A DNA stretch of 64,000 bases from Chloroflexota bacterium (GTDB lineage: Bacteria; Chloroflexota; UBA11872; VXOZ01): assembly GCA_964291655.2 (NCBI GenBank), contig OZ219802.1, forward strand, positions 1,728,001-1,792,000. The letters are read 5' to 3'. Numbering within the stretch: position 1 is the stretch's first letter; the number at the start of each line of letters is the position of its first letter. The position numbers were made by a program, and so were the translations under genes. Below are positions 1 through 9,013 of this stretch, piece by piece. The notes under the pieces were generated by a model. It did not search any database, was not told the DNA's origin, and worked only from the letters and a program-made list of their open reading frames with translations.

Positions 1-576
1 AATATCGAGATTGAGCCCACGGGGAGAGGCGAGGGCTTCGAATTTGTGGATAAGATCTTCGGCGGCGCAATTTCAGCCCCATTCCGCGAGGCGGTGCACA
101 AGGGGGTGCGCGAAGCCATGAAAGAGGGCACGCTCGCCAGCGGCGAAGTGGTAGACGTCCGCGTAAGGCTTGTAGATGGCAAAGAACACACGGTCGATTC
201 TTCCGATCTGGCGTTTCAGATTGCCGGGTCCATGGCACTTGGTGAAGCCATGGATAGGGCCAAACCCGTCCTCCTGGAGCCGGTCTTGCAGATGAAGGTG
301 CGCGTGCCGGAAGACCGCATGGGCGACGTGATTGGCGATCTCACAAGCCGCCGCGCCAGGGTGCACAACATGGACATGGTGTCACCCGGAACTATGGAAG
401 TGGAGGCGGAAGTGCCCCAGGCAGAAGTGCTGCGCTACGCTACCGACCTGCGCTCGCTCACGCAAGGGCGCGCCACCTTTTTTTCTGAATTCATAGGATA
501 CGAGCAAGTGCCCGCCAGCACCCAGGAACAGGTGGTAGAGGCGCACAAACGCGAAAAGGAAGAAGCCTCGGCGTAA
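1..576 (+). CDS. fusA: Elongation factor G, C-terminal part (5' truncated by window edge)
   Basis: Frame open from base 1; domain IV/V motifs FEFVDKIFGG, VDSSDLAF, PVLLEP, DVIGDL, YATDLRSLTQGR. Confidence 0.93.
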   Translation, partial: NIEIEPTGRGEGFEFVDKIFGGAISAPFREAVHKGVREAMKEGTLASGEVVDVRVRLVDGKEHTVDSSDLAFQIAGSMALGEAMDRAKPVLLEPVLQMKVRVPEDRMGDVIGDLTSRRARVHNMDMVSPGTMEVEAEVPQAEVLRYATDLRSLTQGRATFFSEFIGYEQVPASTQEQVVEAHKREKEEASA

Positions 577-666
577 CACCGGCAACTCACACGCACTTTG
601 CCTGCAGGGCGCAAAAGACATGCGCAGCCTGTGGGAAGAGCGTAGCCAGAGTTAATCCGTCATTCC

Positions 667-934
667 TGTAAATGTCAGGTGATTCGTTGACAGATTTGAG
701 AACAAAAGCAACTGAACGCAGTACTCTACATGAACAGTAAAGATGTCATTCCGAAAGGAGCGCAGCGAAGAGTCGCTCGGAGCGCGGAATCTAAGATGTT
801 GAGCCTATTGGGCGACACGTTGCATAGGCCCTAGATTCCGCGAACAAGGTTCGACGCTCCGCTCGGAATGACATGATCTGTCAACACTGCCAGTTTGGGA
901 GAGAATTCTGTCAACGAATTACTCAACACTTACA
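667..934. mobile_element. MITE family A (TGT...ACA ends, ~28-bp imperfect TIR), carrying an internal GTCATTCC...GGAATGAC palindrome
   Basis: Left end tgtaaatgtcaggtgattcgttgacaga; right end (reverse complement) tgtaagtgttgagtaattcgttgacaga; direct repeat ATTCC at 662-666 and 935-939; inverted second copy at 28621-28862. Confidence 0.8.
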
Positions 935-1013
935 ATTCCGGCGAAAGCCGCAATCCAGCGCCCGGCACAGCGAGCACATCCTGAATTCCTGCCTTCGCGG
1001 GGAGGCCGGTCCG

Positions 1014-1037
1014 GTAGCGTAGGTTTGCAACCTGCGC
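1014..1037 (+). repeat. GTAG-type REP (gtagcgtaggtttgcaacctgcgc); related copies near 10145, 28880 and 33755
   Basis: GTAG tetranucleotide followed by an imperfect palindrome, dispersed intergenic copies. Confidence 0.65.
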
Positions 1038-1238
1038 GCGTGTGAATTCCTACCCTGTATCGTGCACGCGGCGTACGTTGCGCTATCCAGGCCAGCAGGT
1101 ACAATACCGCGCATCCCTCCAAGAGACTCACTCTCCCTGAGTAGAGGGGAATTCTTCGCCGCACCAGTCTTACCCCACGTGTTCATCCGACTTACGCTAA
1201 GATCTACCTAAACGTTGTCACTCTCGCGGAGGTAGGGT

Positions 1239-1559
1239 ATGAAACCGTTTAACGTCGCGCCGATTCTCGCAGAAGACTCGCTCTTTCGCATTGTTGCCGG
1301 CACGGCACAGAGTCAAGTCGGCATTCTGATACTCGGGCCCGGCGAGAAGACCGGCGGCCTCCATGCCAGCGACCACCCGGATTCCGATCAAGTGGTCTAC
1401 GTCGTCTCCGGTCACGGCGAAGCTACCGTGGGTGACGAAACCGCCCCCCTTGCCCCCGGCGACGTGCTCATCATCGACGCCGGCGACCCCCACGAACTCC
1501 GCTGCACCGGCGATGAACCCCTCCGCACGCTGAACGTGTATGCTCCAGCCGCGTATTGA
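1239..1559 (+). CDS. Cupin domain protein
   Basis: Cupin_2-like H-P-x-S-D-Q...VVSG-G and PGDVLII...PH motifs; GGAGG RBS. Confidence 0.85.
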   Translation: MKPFNVAPILAEDSLFRIVAGTAQSQVGILILGPGEKTGGLHASDHPDSDQVVYVVSGHGEATVGDETAPLAPGDVLIIDAGDPHELRCTGDEPLRTLNVYAPAAY

Positions 1560-1627
1560 AAGATGATACCTTAATCGTCCGCTGTTTGAGGTTGCCGTGA
1601 AGTGTGGTTCAGTTAAGGGGAAGTGTT

Positions 1628-3217
1628 ATGCGGGACACGTCAGCAATTATGCGACGGGTAAAGTCGCGTGACACTGCGCCCGAAATGGCCGTCAGACGAG
1701 CGCTTTGGAAACAAGGGGTACGCTACCGTCTCCATATCCACAACCTGCCCGGGAAACCGGATTTGGCGCTGCTCAAGAAGCGGATTGCTATCTTTATTGA
1801 CGGTGACTTCTGGCATGGTGGACAATGGCGGAAGCGAAAGCTCAGGGGGCTGCAAGAGCAATTTCGCGCCACTCCGTCGAAAGGCTATTGGATGAGCAAG
1901 ATCCGGCGCAACATGGAACGAGACGCCAAGAACACAGCCGCTCTCTTGGAGGAGGGATGGACCGTTTTGCGACTATGGGAGAGCGACATTGAAAACGACC
2001 TAGCGCAATCAGTCCGGACAACCGTGGATCTATCTCGGAACGGCGTTGAGCCGTCGAGCATAGCGCTTCTGCCGCAGCGCACTGTCGCGGAGTTTTTTGC
2101 GGGCATTGGGTTAGTACGCTTAGGTCTTGAGCGTCAAGGATGGTCCGTCAAGTACGCAAATGATATTGACCCTGACAAGGTAAAGATGTATGCAACACAC
2201 TTTGCAGAAGATGCTGACTGTCTACACATGGGCGATGTCCATGAGATTGACCCAGAGACTCTGCCGTCAGTAACGCTTGCCACCGCCTCCTTCCCATGCA
2301 ACGACCTGTCGTTAGCGGGCGCGAGAAAGGGCCTTGCGGGCAAGCAGTCATCAGCATTTTGGGGGTTCGTGCGCGTCCTGGAGTACATGGGGGAGCGGAA
2401 GCCGCCGTTGGTTTTGATTGAGAATGTGCCCGGCTTCCTCACGTCCCGGCAAGGCGAGGACTTTAGGCAGGCGCTCACGGCGCTCAATGAACTAGGCTAC
2501 GCTGTAGACCCGTTCATCATAGACGCCGCGCATTTTGTGCCTCAAAGCCGTGCGCGGCTCTTCATAGTCGGCCAGTTGTGGGAGAGAAACCGGACTCAGG
2601 AATCCAATATCCTCCAGGAAGGGGCTATTGCCGCTACACGGCCAGATCGGTTGCTCTCCTTTATCGCGGCGCATCCTGAAATCACGTGGCGTATTCGTCC
2701 TCTGCCGCCGTTGCCGCAGCGGACGCAAAACCTCGATGCGGTCTTAGAGGATTTGCCCGATGATGCGCCGGAATGGTGGAGCGAAGAAAGAGCGGCGTAC
2801 TTGCTCAACCAGATGAGCGAGCGTCACCGCGCAGTAGCGGACCGCATGATTGATGGCTCCTGTTGGTCGTACGGAACCGTGTTCCGCCGTGTGCGCTATG
2901 GCCGATCAATGGCGGAACTACGCGTCGATGGGATCGCTGGCTGCCTGCGCACGCCACTAGGCGGCAGTGGTCGGCAAATCCTCTTCAAGGCCGGCAATGG
3001 GCGATATTACGCCCGGTTGTTGACGCCGCGGGAGTGCGCTCGCCTCATGGGAGCGGGTGATTTCATCATCGATGCGCCACTCAATCAAGCGCTCTACGCC
3101 TTTGGGGACGCGGTGTGTGTGCCGGTGATTGACTGGATTGCGGAGCACTACCTAAATCCAGTCGTAAATGAGCGGATGCGCGGCTATCCGTTGCGGCTTA
3201 CGCCGGAGCCACGATGA
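1628..3217 (+). CDS. Vsr (very short patch repair) endonuclease fused to a C5-cytosine DNA methyltransferase
   Basis: N-terminal ~135 aa: MRRVKSRDTAPE, LPGKPD, FIDGDFWHG, KIRRNMERD, GWTVLRLWE (Vsr); C-terminal: FFAGIG, FPCNDLS, ENV, QSRAR, LTPRECARLMG, GDAV (C5-MTase motifs). Confidence 0.9.
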   Translation: MRDTSAIMRRVKSRDTAPEMAVRRALWKQGVRYRLHIHNLPGKPDLALLKKRIAIFIDGDFWHGGQWRKRKLRGLQEQFRATPSKGYWMSKIRRNMERDAKNTAALLEEGWTVLRLWESDIENDLAQSVRTTVDLSRNGVEPSSIALLPQRTVAEFFAGIGLVRLGLERQGWSVKYANDIDPDKVKMYATHFAEDADCLHMGDVHEIDPETLPSVTLATASFPCNDLSLAGARKGLAGKQSSAFWGFVRVLEYMGERKPPLVLIENVPGFLTSRQGEDFRQALTALNELGYAVDPFIIDAAHFVPQSRARLFIVGQLWERNRTQESNILQEGAIAATRPDRLLSFIAAHPEITWRIRPLPPLPQRTQNLDAVLEDLPDDAPEWWSEERAAYLLNQMSERHRAVADRMIDGSCWSYGTVFRRVRYGRSMAELRVDGIAGCLRTPLGGSGRQILFKAGNGRYYARLLTPRECARLMGAGDFIIDAPLNQALYAFGDAVCVPVIDWIAEHYLNPVVNERMRGYPLRLTPEPR

Positions 3218-4185
3218 GCGCCAGCGACGAGCAAACAGGCCTCACGGCGATCAAAGCATGGCACGACGCATTGCCCAATTATCAGGGCGGTAAAGCGCGT
3301 GGCAGCATCGCCGCCGCGCTGGTCGTGCTTGAACGCTTGAAAGATAGTTATGGTCTTGACGTAGACACCCATACCGCAAGAGGAGGAGCGCAGGTCAGTG
3401 GCCTTACGCCAGGACGAGTCGCGTCTATTCTCGCGAGGTTCGGCGAAGAGAGACCCTTCTTGCGTGAAGGGGGAAGAACTAATCGAGGCGCGCGCGGCGC
3501 CGTAGCGAGTCTCCTTGATGCGCTGCAGCCCTTAGCTCTGGAGAACCTGCCCCAAACGGAGCGTGACAGCATATTGGAAACTCTGCAAGGATTCTTGGCA
3601 GAGCGTGTTGTCGAGTATTTCAACCGACAGCGCTTAGATCCTCTCTACAACCCGGCCGCGAGTACCTGGCATGCTGTTCACGAGATACTGCTAAAGGCCG
3701 CTGAAGCGGGAAAATCCGGGCCAGTAGCACAGCATCTGGTGGGCGCGAAACTGCAATTGCGTTTTCCCGATATACCGGTGGAGAATAATCCCGCAAGCGC
3801 CGCTGACCAGCAAACCGGGCGCGCCGGTGACTTTCAGATTGGAGACACCGCGTTCCACGTCACCGTTGCTCCCACAAGAGACAATCTCTTCGAGAGGGTG
3901 AAGAAGAATATCCAGCAAGGGATCCGCGTCTATGTCTTGGTGCCTGACGAGAAAGTGACGACCGCGCGGGGATACGCGGAAGAACAGCTACTCGGCCAAG
4001 CGTCCCAAGTCGCGGTGTGTGCGATCGAGTCGTTTGTGGCGCATAACGTCGATGAACTATCCACGTTTGTCAAGGGCCGGCTGCTGCAGGGGTTTCGGGC
4101 GCTTCTCGATACGTATAACCGGCGCGCAGACGCGGTGGAAACGGATAAGTCCATACTGATTGAAATTCCGGCCACGCTTCTCTGA
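3214..4185 (+). CDS. DUF4928-like protein, putative restriction endonuclease partner of the MTase
   Basis: ATGA overlap with the MTase stop; EGGRT, QHLVGAKL, GDFQIGDTAFHVTVAP motifs. Confidence 0.7.
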   Translation: MSASDEQTGLTAIKAWHDALPNYQGGKARGSIAAALVVLERLKDSYGLDVDTHTARGGAQVSGLTPGRVASILARFGEERPFLREGGRTNRGARGAVASLLDALQPLALENLPQTERDSILETLQGFLAERVVEYFNRQRLDPLYNPAASTWHAVHEILLKAAEAGKSGPVAQHLVGAKLQLRFPDIPVENNPASAADQQTGRAGDFQIGDTAFHVTVAPTRDNLFERVKKNIQQGIRVYVLVPDEKVTTARGYAEEQLLGQASQVAVCAIESFVAHNVDELSTFVKGRLLQGFRALLDTYNRRADAVETDKSILIEIPATLL

Positions 4186-4233
4186 CAGCGAGACGATATG
4201 TCTGCGTCAGTCCATTCCGGCAGGCGGTGAACA

Positions 4234-4416
4234 ATGTCAACCGAGGAAGAAAGAACTACAGAAAAAGCGCCAACTCAAGACCGGAACGACATTCCTTTTG
4301 AGAAAGGTTATCAGCCGGAGAGGGGCAACTTAGACCCCCAGAATCCTCCTCAGGGCGGCTCCGGTGTTCCTCCAAAGGCGCAGACTGGCGCGGGCCAAGC
4401 TGAGAAAGACGATTAG
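4234..4416 (+). CDS. Small low-complexity protein (KGYQP...NPPQGGSGVP)
   Basis: 60-aa ORF, plausible RBS, co-oriented within the cluster. Confidence 0.45.
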   Translation: MSTEEERTTEKAPTQDRNDIPFEKGYQPERGNLDPQNPPQGGSGVPPKAQTGAGQAEKDD

Positions 4417-4537
4417 GCACACCGCCCTGCACATCGATCGTCAAGATCTTGCGGGTTTAGGGTCTATGTTGGGATTATCGAACCAACACAGTCATGAGTA
4501 GTCTGGCGGTGTCAAGTCCGCTTGACGGAGCAGGGCT

Positions 4538-5227
4538 ATGGAGACCTCCACCACAGTCAAGCGCATCGTGTGTCTCGCCAACTCGCGCAAAGAGGGAGAT
4601 CGGTGCATCGCGGGCAAGGAACTCTTGGCGGATGGCAGTCCCGGCCCTTGGGTACGGCCCGTCAGCGACCGCGAAGACGAGGCGGTGGATGAACGCGAAC
4701 GGCAGTACGCAGACGGCAGCGAGCCGCGTGTGCTCGATGTCATTGATGTGCCGGTACGTGAGCCGCGACCGAAAGGCTATCAGCAAGAGAATTGGCTGCT
4801 TGACCCGAATCGTCGCTGGAGAAAAGCAGAGCGCATTGGGCCGGACGCGCTCAAGGGTCTTGCCGAGCCAGCTGGGCCACTCTGGATAAATGGTTACCAC
4901 ACGCAGCACGGACGAAATGACCGGCTGCCCCTTGAGCGTGCAGTTTCCGTGAATAGTTCGTTGCAGCTCATCAAAGTTGGTAAGCTAGAGCTAGATGTCT
5001 TCGCCCCCGGGATAGAGCAGGGCGACTTCAAGCGGAGGATCAAAGGCCAATTCCGCTATGCCGGGGAAGACTATCGTCTCTGGGTTACCGATCCCGTTTA
5101 TGAGCAGACATACCTGAACCGGCCAAACGCCAGATACCAAATCGGTCAGCGCTTCCTTACCGTTAGTCTGGGCGAGCCGTATCAGGGTTACGCCTATAAG
5201 CTCATCGCAGCCATCATTGAACTCTAA
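4538..5227 (+). CDS. Dual OB-fold-type protein (DUF488-associated)
   Basis: IVCLANSRK-x-RCIAG, WVRPVS, YQQENW, LTVSLGEPY...YKLIAAI pattern. Confidence 0.7.
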   Translation: METSTTVKRIVCLANSRKEGDRCIAGKELLADGSPGPWVRPVSDREDEAVDERERQYADGSEPRVLDVIDVPVREPRPKGYQQENWLLDPNRRWRKAERIGPDALKGLAEPAGPLWINGYHTQHGRNDRLPLERAVSVNSSLQLIKVGKLELDVFAPGIEQGDFKRRIKGQFRYAGEDYRLWVTDPVYEQTYLNRPNARYQIGQRFLTVSLGEPYQGYAYKLIAAIIEL

Positions 5228-5241
5228 CGGAGACTTCTTAC

Positions 5242-5919
5242 GTGACAGAAACGCGGAATCCAGTATTCACCATCGGACACTCCAATCACGAGCCAAAGGA
5301 GTTCGTGACGCTGCTGCAGAGGCACGGCGTCGACGTGGTAGTTGACGTGCGTTCAGCGCCATACAGCCGCTACCTGCCGCACTTCAATAAAGAGCACCTG
5401 GCAGAGACCTTGAAGCAAGCTGCTATTCGCTATTCCTTTAGAGGCCAGGAACTGGGCGGCCAACCGGCGGATCGTGCGTACTACGACGATGAGGGGCGGG
5501 TTGTCTATGACAGGCTGGCGGCAACTGCTGCGTTCAAGGGCGGTATCGAGTACATCATGGACACCGCAGCCGTTCATCCTTCGACACGCTCAGGACGAAC
5601 GGCTGCTTCGCCAGCGCAGCGCCTGGCCCTGATGTGCAGCGAGAAAGAGCCGTTGGACTGTCACCGCACGCTGATGGTCGCCCAATCGTTGGCAGCGCGC
5701 GGTGTGGACGTGGCGCACATTCACGCCGACGGCAATCTGGAAACTCACACCGATGCCGTGAATCGTCTGCTGGATAAGTTCAAATTGCCGCATAACGGCG
5801 ATCTCTTTCGCTCGCGGGAGGCGGTGATTGACGACGCAGTGGAACGCCAGACGCAGCGCGTCGGCGCCCGCTGGCAGGATCAAGCCGCCGGCCGGGCCGA
5901 GTGGGAGCGTGTGACCTGA
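5242..5919 (+). CDS. DUF488 family protein (with in-frame REP insertion)
   Basis: FTIGHSNH, VDVRSAPYS, ELGG, LMCSE...CHR motifs. Confidence 0.88.
   Translation: MTETRNPVFTIGHSNHEPKEFVTLLQRHGVDVVVDVRSAPYSRYLPHFNKEHLAETLKQAAIRYSFRGQELGGQPADRAYYDDEGRVVYDRLAATAAFKGGIEYIMDTAAVHPSTRSGRTAASPAQRLALMCSEKEPLDCHRTLMVAQSLAARGVDVAHIHADGNLETHTDAVNRLLDKFKLPHNGDLFRSREAVIDDAVERQTQRVGARWQDQAAGRAEWERVT
5566..5606. repeat. REP palindrome (ccgttcatccttcgacacgctcaggacgaacgg) inside a coding sequence
   Basis: Near-identical to the intergenic copy at 56286-56317; 15-bp arms with one mismatch. Confidence 0.85.
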
Positions 5920-6395
5920 AGCTCTATACCATCGGCTTCACCAAGAAATCAGCGTCTACATTCTTCGAACTGCTGCGGGGATCTGGCGCCGAGCGCCTCG
6001 TGGATGTGCGGTTGCATAACGCCTCGCAACTAGCCGGCTTCGCCAGGGGCGGCAAAGAGAACCTCGCGTACCTGCTGCAAGAAATTTGCCGGATGGAATA
6101 TGTCCACGCACCGGACCTCGCGCCTACAAAGGAACTGCTGGATTCCTACCGTAAGGGAGAGTGTGACTGGGACTCCTACGAGCGTGAATTCGTTGCCCTG
6201 TTGAACGAACGGCGCATATTTACAGAGGGCGTGCAACCCACCGAGGGAATTCGCATCGTTAAGCGATTGAAAGCAACCATCGCCAATAGTTGCCTCCTGT
6301 GCAGCGAGCACGAGCCTGATCACTGCCACCGCCGGCTGGTGGCGGAGTACTTCCAACGGCACTGGGGTGACGTTGAAATCGAGCATCTCATCTAA
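5916..6395 (+). CDS. Second DUF488 family protein (probable CTG start; GTG at 5901 is the alternative)
   Basis: LYTIGFTKKSA, VDVRL, LAGFA, LAPTKELL, LLCSE...HCHRRLVAE. Confidence 0.85.
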   Translation: MKLYTIGFTKKSASTFFELLRGSGAERLVDVRLHNASQLAGFARGGKENLAYLLQEICRMEYVHAPDLAPTKELLDSYRKGECDWDSYEREFVALLNERRIFTEGVQPTEGIRIVKRLKATIANSCLLCSEHEPDHCHRRLVAEYFQRHWGDVEIEHLI

Positions 6396-6412
6396 GTCAA
6401 AGGGCCTAGACT

Positions 6413-7048
6413 CTGTTCGACCTTCTTCACGACCTCGTAGACTGGGTACTGGCCTGGGCGGAATCGCCGTATGGTGGGTTAGCGCTCTTTCTGCTGTCGG
6501 CGGCGGAGTCGATCATCTTCCCGGTGCCGCCGGACCCCTTACTGATTGCGTTGGGCGTGGGAAAGCCCAGCTTTGCCCTAGTCTTTGCCGCGATCTGCCT
6601 CCTCGGCTCTCTTGTTGGCGCGAGCTTCGGCTACTTGATCGGCATGTGGGGCGGTCGACCGGTGGTAGACCGCCTCTTTTCGCAAGACAAGATAGCGTTC
6701 GTTGAGCAGAAATACCAGCGCTATGACGTGTGGGCGATCCTCATTGCCGCCCTCACGCCGATTCCCTATAAGGTGTTTACGGTGACGGCGGGCATGTTTC
6801 GGCTGCATTTCGGCCGCTTCATGCTGGCGTCGCTGGTCGGACGGGGGGCACGCTTCTTCGCCGTGGGCTTCTTAATTGCTCTCTTTGGCGAGCCGATTGC
6901 GGCCTTCATCGACCAATATCTTGACATCTTGTTTATAGTCTTTATGATATTGCTTGTCGGCGGATTCTTTGTCATCCGGATTCTGACACGCTTGGGAAAG
7001 CCGCCAGATTCCAGTGAGGTGAAGATTTCGGAAGAGACCGCGCCGTAG
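6413..7048 (+). CDS. YqaA/DedA (SNARE-associated) membrane protein
   Basis: AESIIFPVPPDPLL and LTPIPYKVFT motifs; frame extends upstream of the ORF-track start to CTG 6413, bounded by an in-frame TAG at 6407. Confidence 0.85.
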   Translation: MFDLLHDLVDWVLAWAESPYGGLALFLLSAAESIIFPVPPDPLLIALGVGKPSFALVFAAICLLGSLVGASFGYLIGMWGGRPVVDRLFSQDKIAFVEQKYQRYDVWAILIAALTPIPYKVFTVTAGMFRLHFGRFMLASLVGRGARFFAVGFLIALFGEPIAAFIDQYLDILFIVFMILLVGGFFVIRILTRLGKPPDSSEVKISEETAP

Positions 7049-7289
7049 CTGAGGAACAATAGGCGTCATGCGGCTACGGTTGGGAGTATGATGGTGGTAA
7101 GCGCCGATGTCCTTTCCCAATACCGAACGAGTGGGAAAAAGGTGAAGCAGGGCTTCTCGCCGGAGTCCAGGGCGCGGGAGATGGAGTGATTCCTGCCCCT
7201 TATCAAGTACGAGGCAGGCAATTAGCTGGAAACACTATGGCCTTGCCTAGGCACACAACAGTGTGTAAATGAGAGGGCGACTTCTTGAC

Positions 7290-7359
7290 GTCATTCCCGC
7301 GCACGCGGGAATCCATCATCTCTGCGCACACGCTGGATTCCGGCTTTCGCCGGAATGAC
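7290..7359. repeat. Double REP, GTCATTCC...GGAATCC / GGATTCC...GGAATGAC class; related copies near 28570, 35840-35925 and 58040
   Basis: Paired inverted palindromes in an intergenic region. Confidence 0.75.
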
Positions 7360-7447
7360 GGAGGTTTGGCAGTCTATTTTCATGGTGATGACGGAACTGG
7401 ATACCCGCGACGTGACTAACGTGCGATAAGCAACGAGCACTCTTGCC

Positions 7448-7858
7448 ATGCAAAGTTACTATGACGTTCTCGGTGTCGCTGAGGATGCCGAAGCCGACGA
7501 GATCGAAGCGGCGTTTCGGCGCGCTCTCGCGTCCGCGCAGGCGGAAGCAGAAAGTGACGCTACCGCAGACGTGGCCGCGCGCATGCGGACGTTGGCGGAA
7601 GCCTACGAGATCCTGTCTAATCCTACGTACCGGACTGCCTACGACCTCAAGCGAGCGCAGAAGGAGCCGTTTCCGGTACCCAAGCCAATCGCCGGCTCCA
7701 AGCTCTTTCGCGCGCTCAAAGCCAGCGGCTCCACCCTCGTCAAGGATGTGAAGGAACAATACGACAAAGACCCCTCCATCAGAGAAGACTTCGACCGTTC
7801 CATTCAGCTTGGCCGCAAGGTCGCCCGCGCCGCGCGGTTTCTCCGTTTCTTGCGGTAG
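7448..7858 (+). CDS. J-domain (DnaJ-like) protein lacking the HPD motif
   Basis: SYYDVLGV...EIEAAFRRA...AYEILSNP..R.AYD; HPD position reads ASAQAE. Confidence 0.75.
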   Translation: MQSYYDVLGVAEDAEADEIEAAFRRALASAQAEAESDATADVAARMRTLAEAYEILSNPTYRTAYDLKRAQKEPFPVPKPIAGSKLFRALKASGSTLVKDVKEQYDKDPSIREDFDRSIQLGRKVARAARFLRFLR

Positions 7859-8143
7859 GGGAGCGCAGCTCTCACCTCGTGTAGCTGCACGATCTTCCCA
7901 AATCGCCGCTGCTCCTAGACGGCATACACCCGCACCTACCTAGCCGTGGCTATTCCTACATTCCAATCCTGCCCGGGTCGGTGTAGGACTTTGGCGCCAA
8001 AGAGCGGGAGACAAGCCCCCGCTCACCTGCTGATCAACGAGACTCGTAAATGCACGAGCAACGGAACAGAAGTCGCTTTCAGGTGCTTGGTCGTCCTGCA
8101 ACCCGTACAGAACAAAAAGCGAGAGTGGGTGGCGCTCGCCAGG

Positions 8144-9013
8144 CTACGGGGCGTCTTCAGTGATTTCCGGCGGTCCGTTGCCGTCGCGTATGAGCGCCAT
8201 GAGGTTTTCGGCGGCTTGGGAGACGGTGACCGGCGTCTTGGTGTCTACGCCGCGCTGGCGTAACTCGCCAAACAGTTCGCTCAGGATCGGCGGCGAAACA
8301 TTGGCTTCGCGCAGCATCTCGTCCTGCTCGAAGAGGTCTTCCACGCAGTAGCGGCACACGATGCCGCGCTGGCCGTCCAGCACATAGACACCGTCGGAAA
8401 TCGCCGGGATCAGGTCCAGGTGATGGGTGGAGATGATGAGCGTGGTGCCGCGCTCGCGATTGAGGGTGTTGAGTAGAGCGATGAGGTCGTCACGGGAAGC
8501 GGGATCGAGGCCCTCGAACGGCTCGTCGAGCACCAGCAACTCCGGTTGCATCACCAATGCGCCCGCCAACGCCACGCGGCGCTTTTCGCCGGCCGAGAGG
8601 TAGTGGGGGACTTTGTCCTTGAGGTGCGCAATGCGCAGGGTTTCCATGACGGCGTCCGTGAGGCGCGCGACGTCTTCCGCTGGCATCCCGTAGTTTCGAG
8701 GTGAGAACGAAATATCTTCCCAGACGGTTGGGGCCAGAATCTGGTACTCCACGTTCTGTAAAACTACGCCGATGCGCTGGCGGATTTTGATGAAGTCCCT
8801 GCCGGGATCGTGCCCCAACACCTGCACCACGCCCTCGCTGGGCCGCAGCATGCCGAGCAGCAGAAGGAAGAGGGTGCTCTTGCCCGCGCCGTTCGCGCCC
8901 ACCACCGCCACGCGGTCGCCCGGCCAGATGGCCAGATCGCATCCGGCCAGATCCACTTCCGTGCCGTCGGCATAGGAGTGGCGAAGATTGTGGGTCTTTA
9001 CGAGCGGCTGCAC
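8144..9013 (-). CDS. ECF/ABC transporter ATPase, CbiO-like
   Basis: Walker A GANGAGKST, LSAGEKRRVALAG signature, LLVLDEP, ISTHH. Confidence 0.88.
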   Translation of the reverse strand: MQPLVKTHNLRHSYADGTEVDLAGCDLAIWPGDRVAVVGANGAGKSTLFLLLLGMLRPSEGVVQVLGHDPGRDFIKIRQRIGVVLQNVEYQILAPTVWEDISFSPRNYGMPAEDVARLTDAVMETLRIAHLKDKVPHYLSAGEKRRVALAGALVMQPELLVLDEPFEGLDPASRDDLIALLNTLNRERGTTLIISTHHLDLIPAISDGVYVLDGQRGIVCRYCVEDLFEQDEMLREANVSPPILSELFGELRQRGVDTKTPVTVSQAAENLMALIRDGNGPPEITEDAP

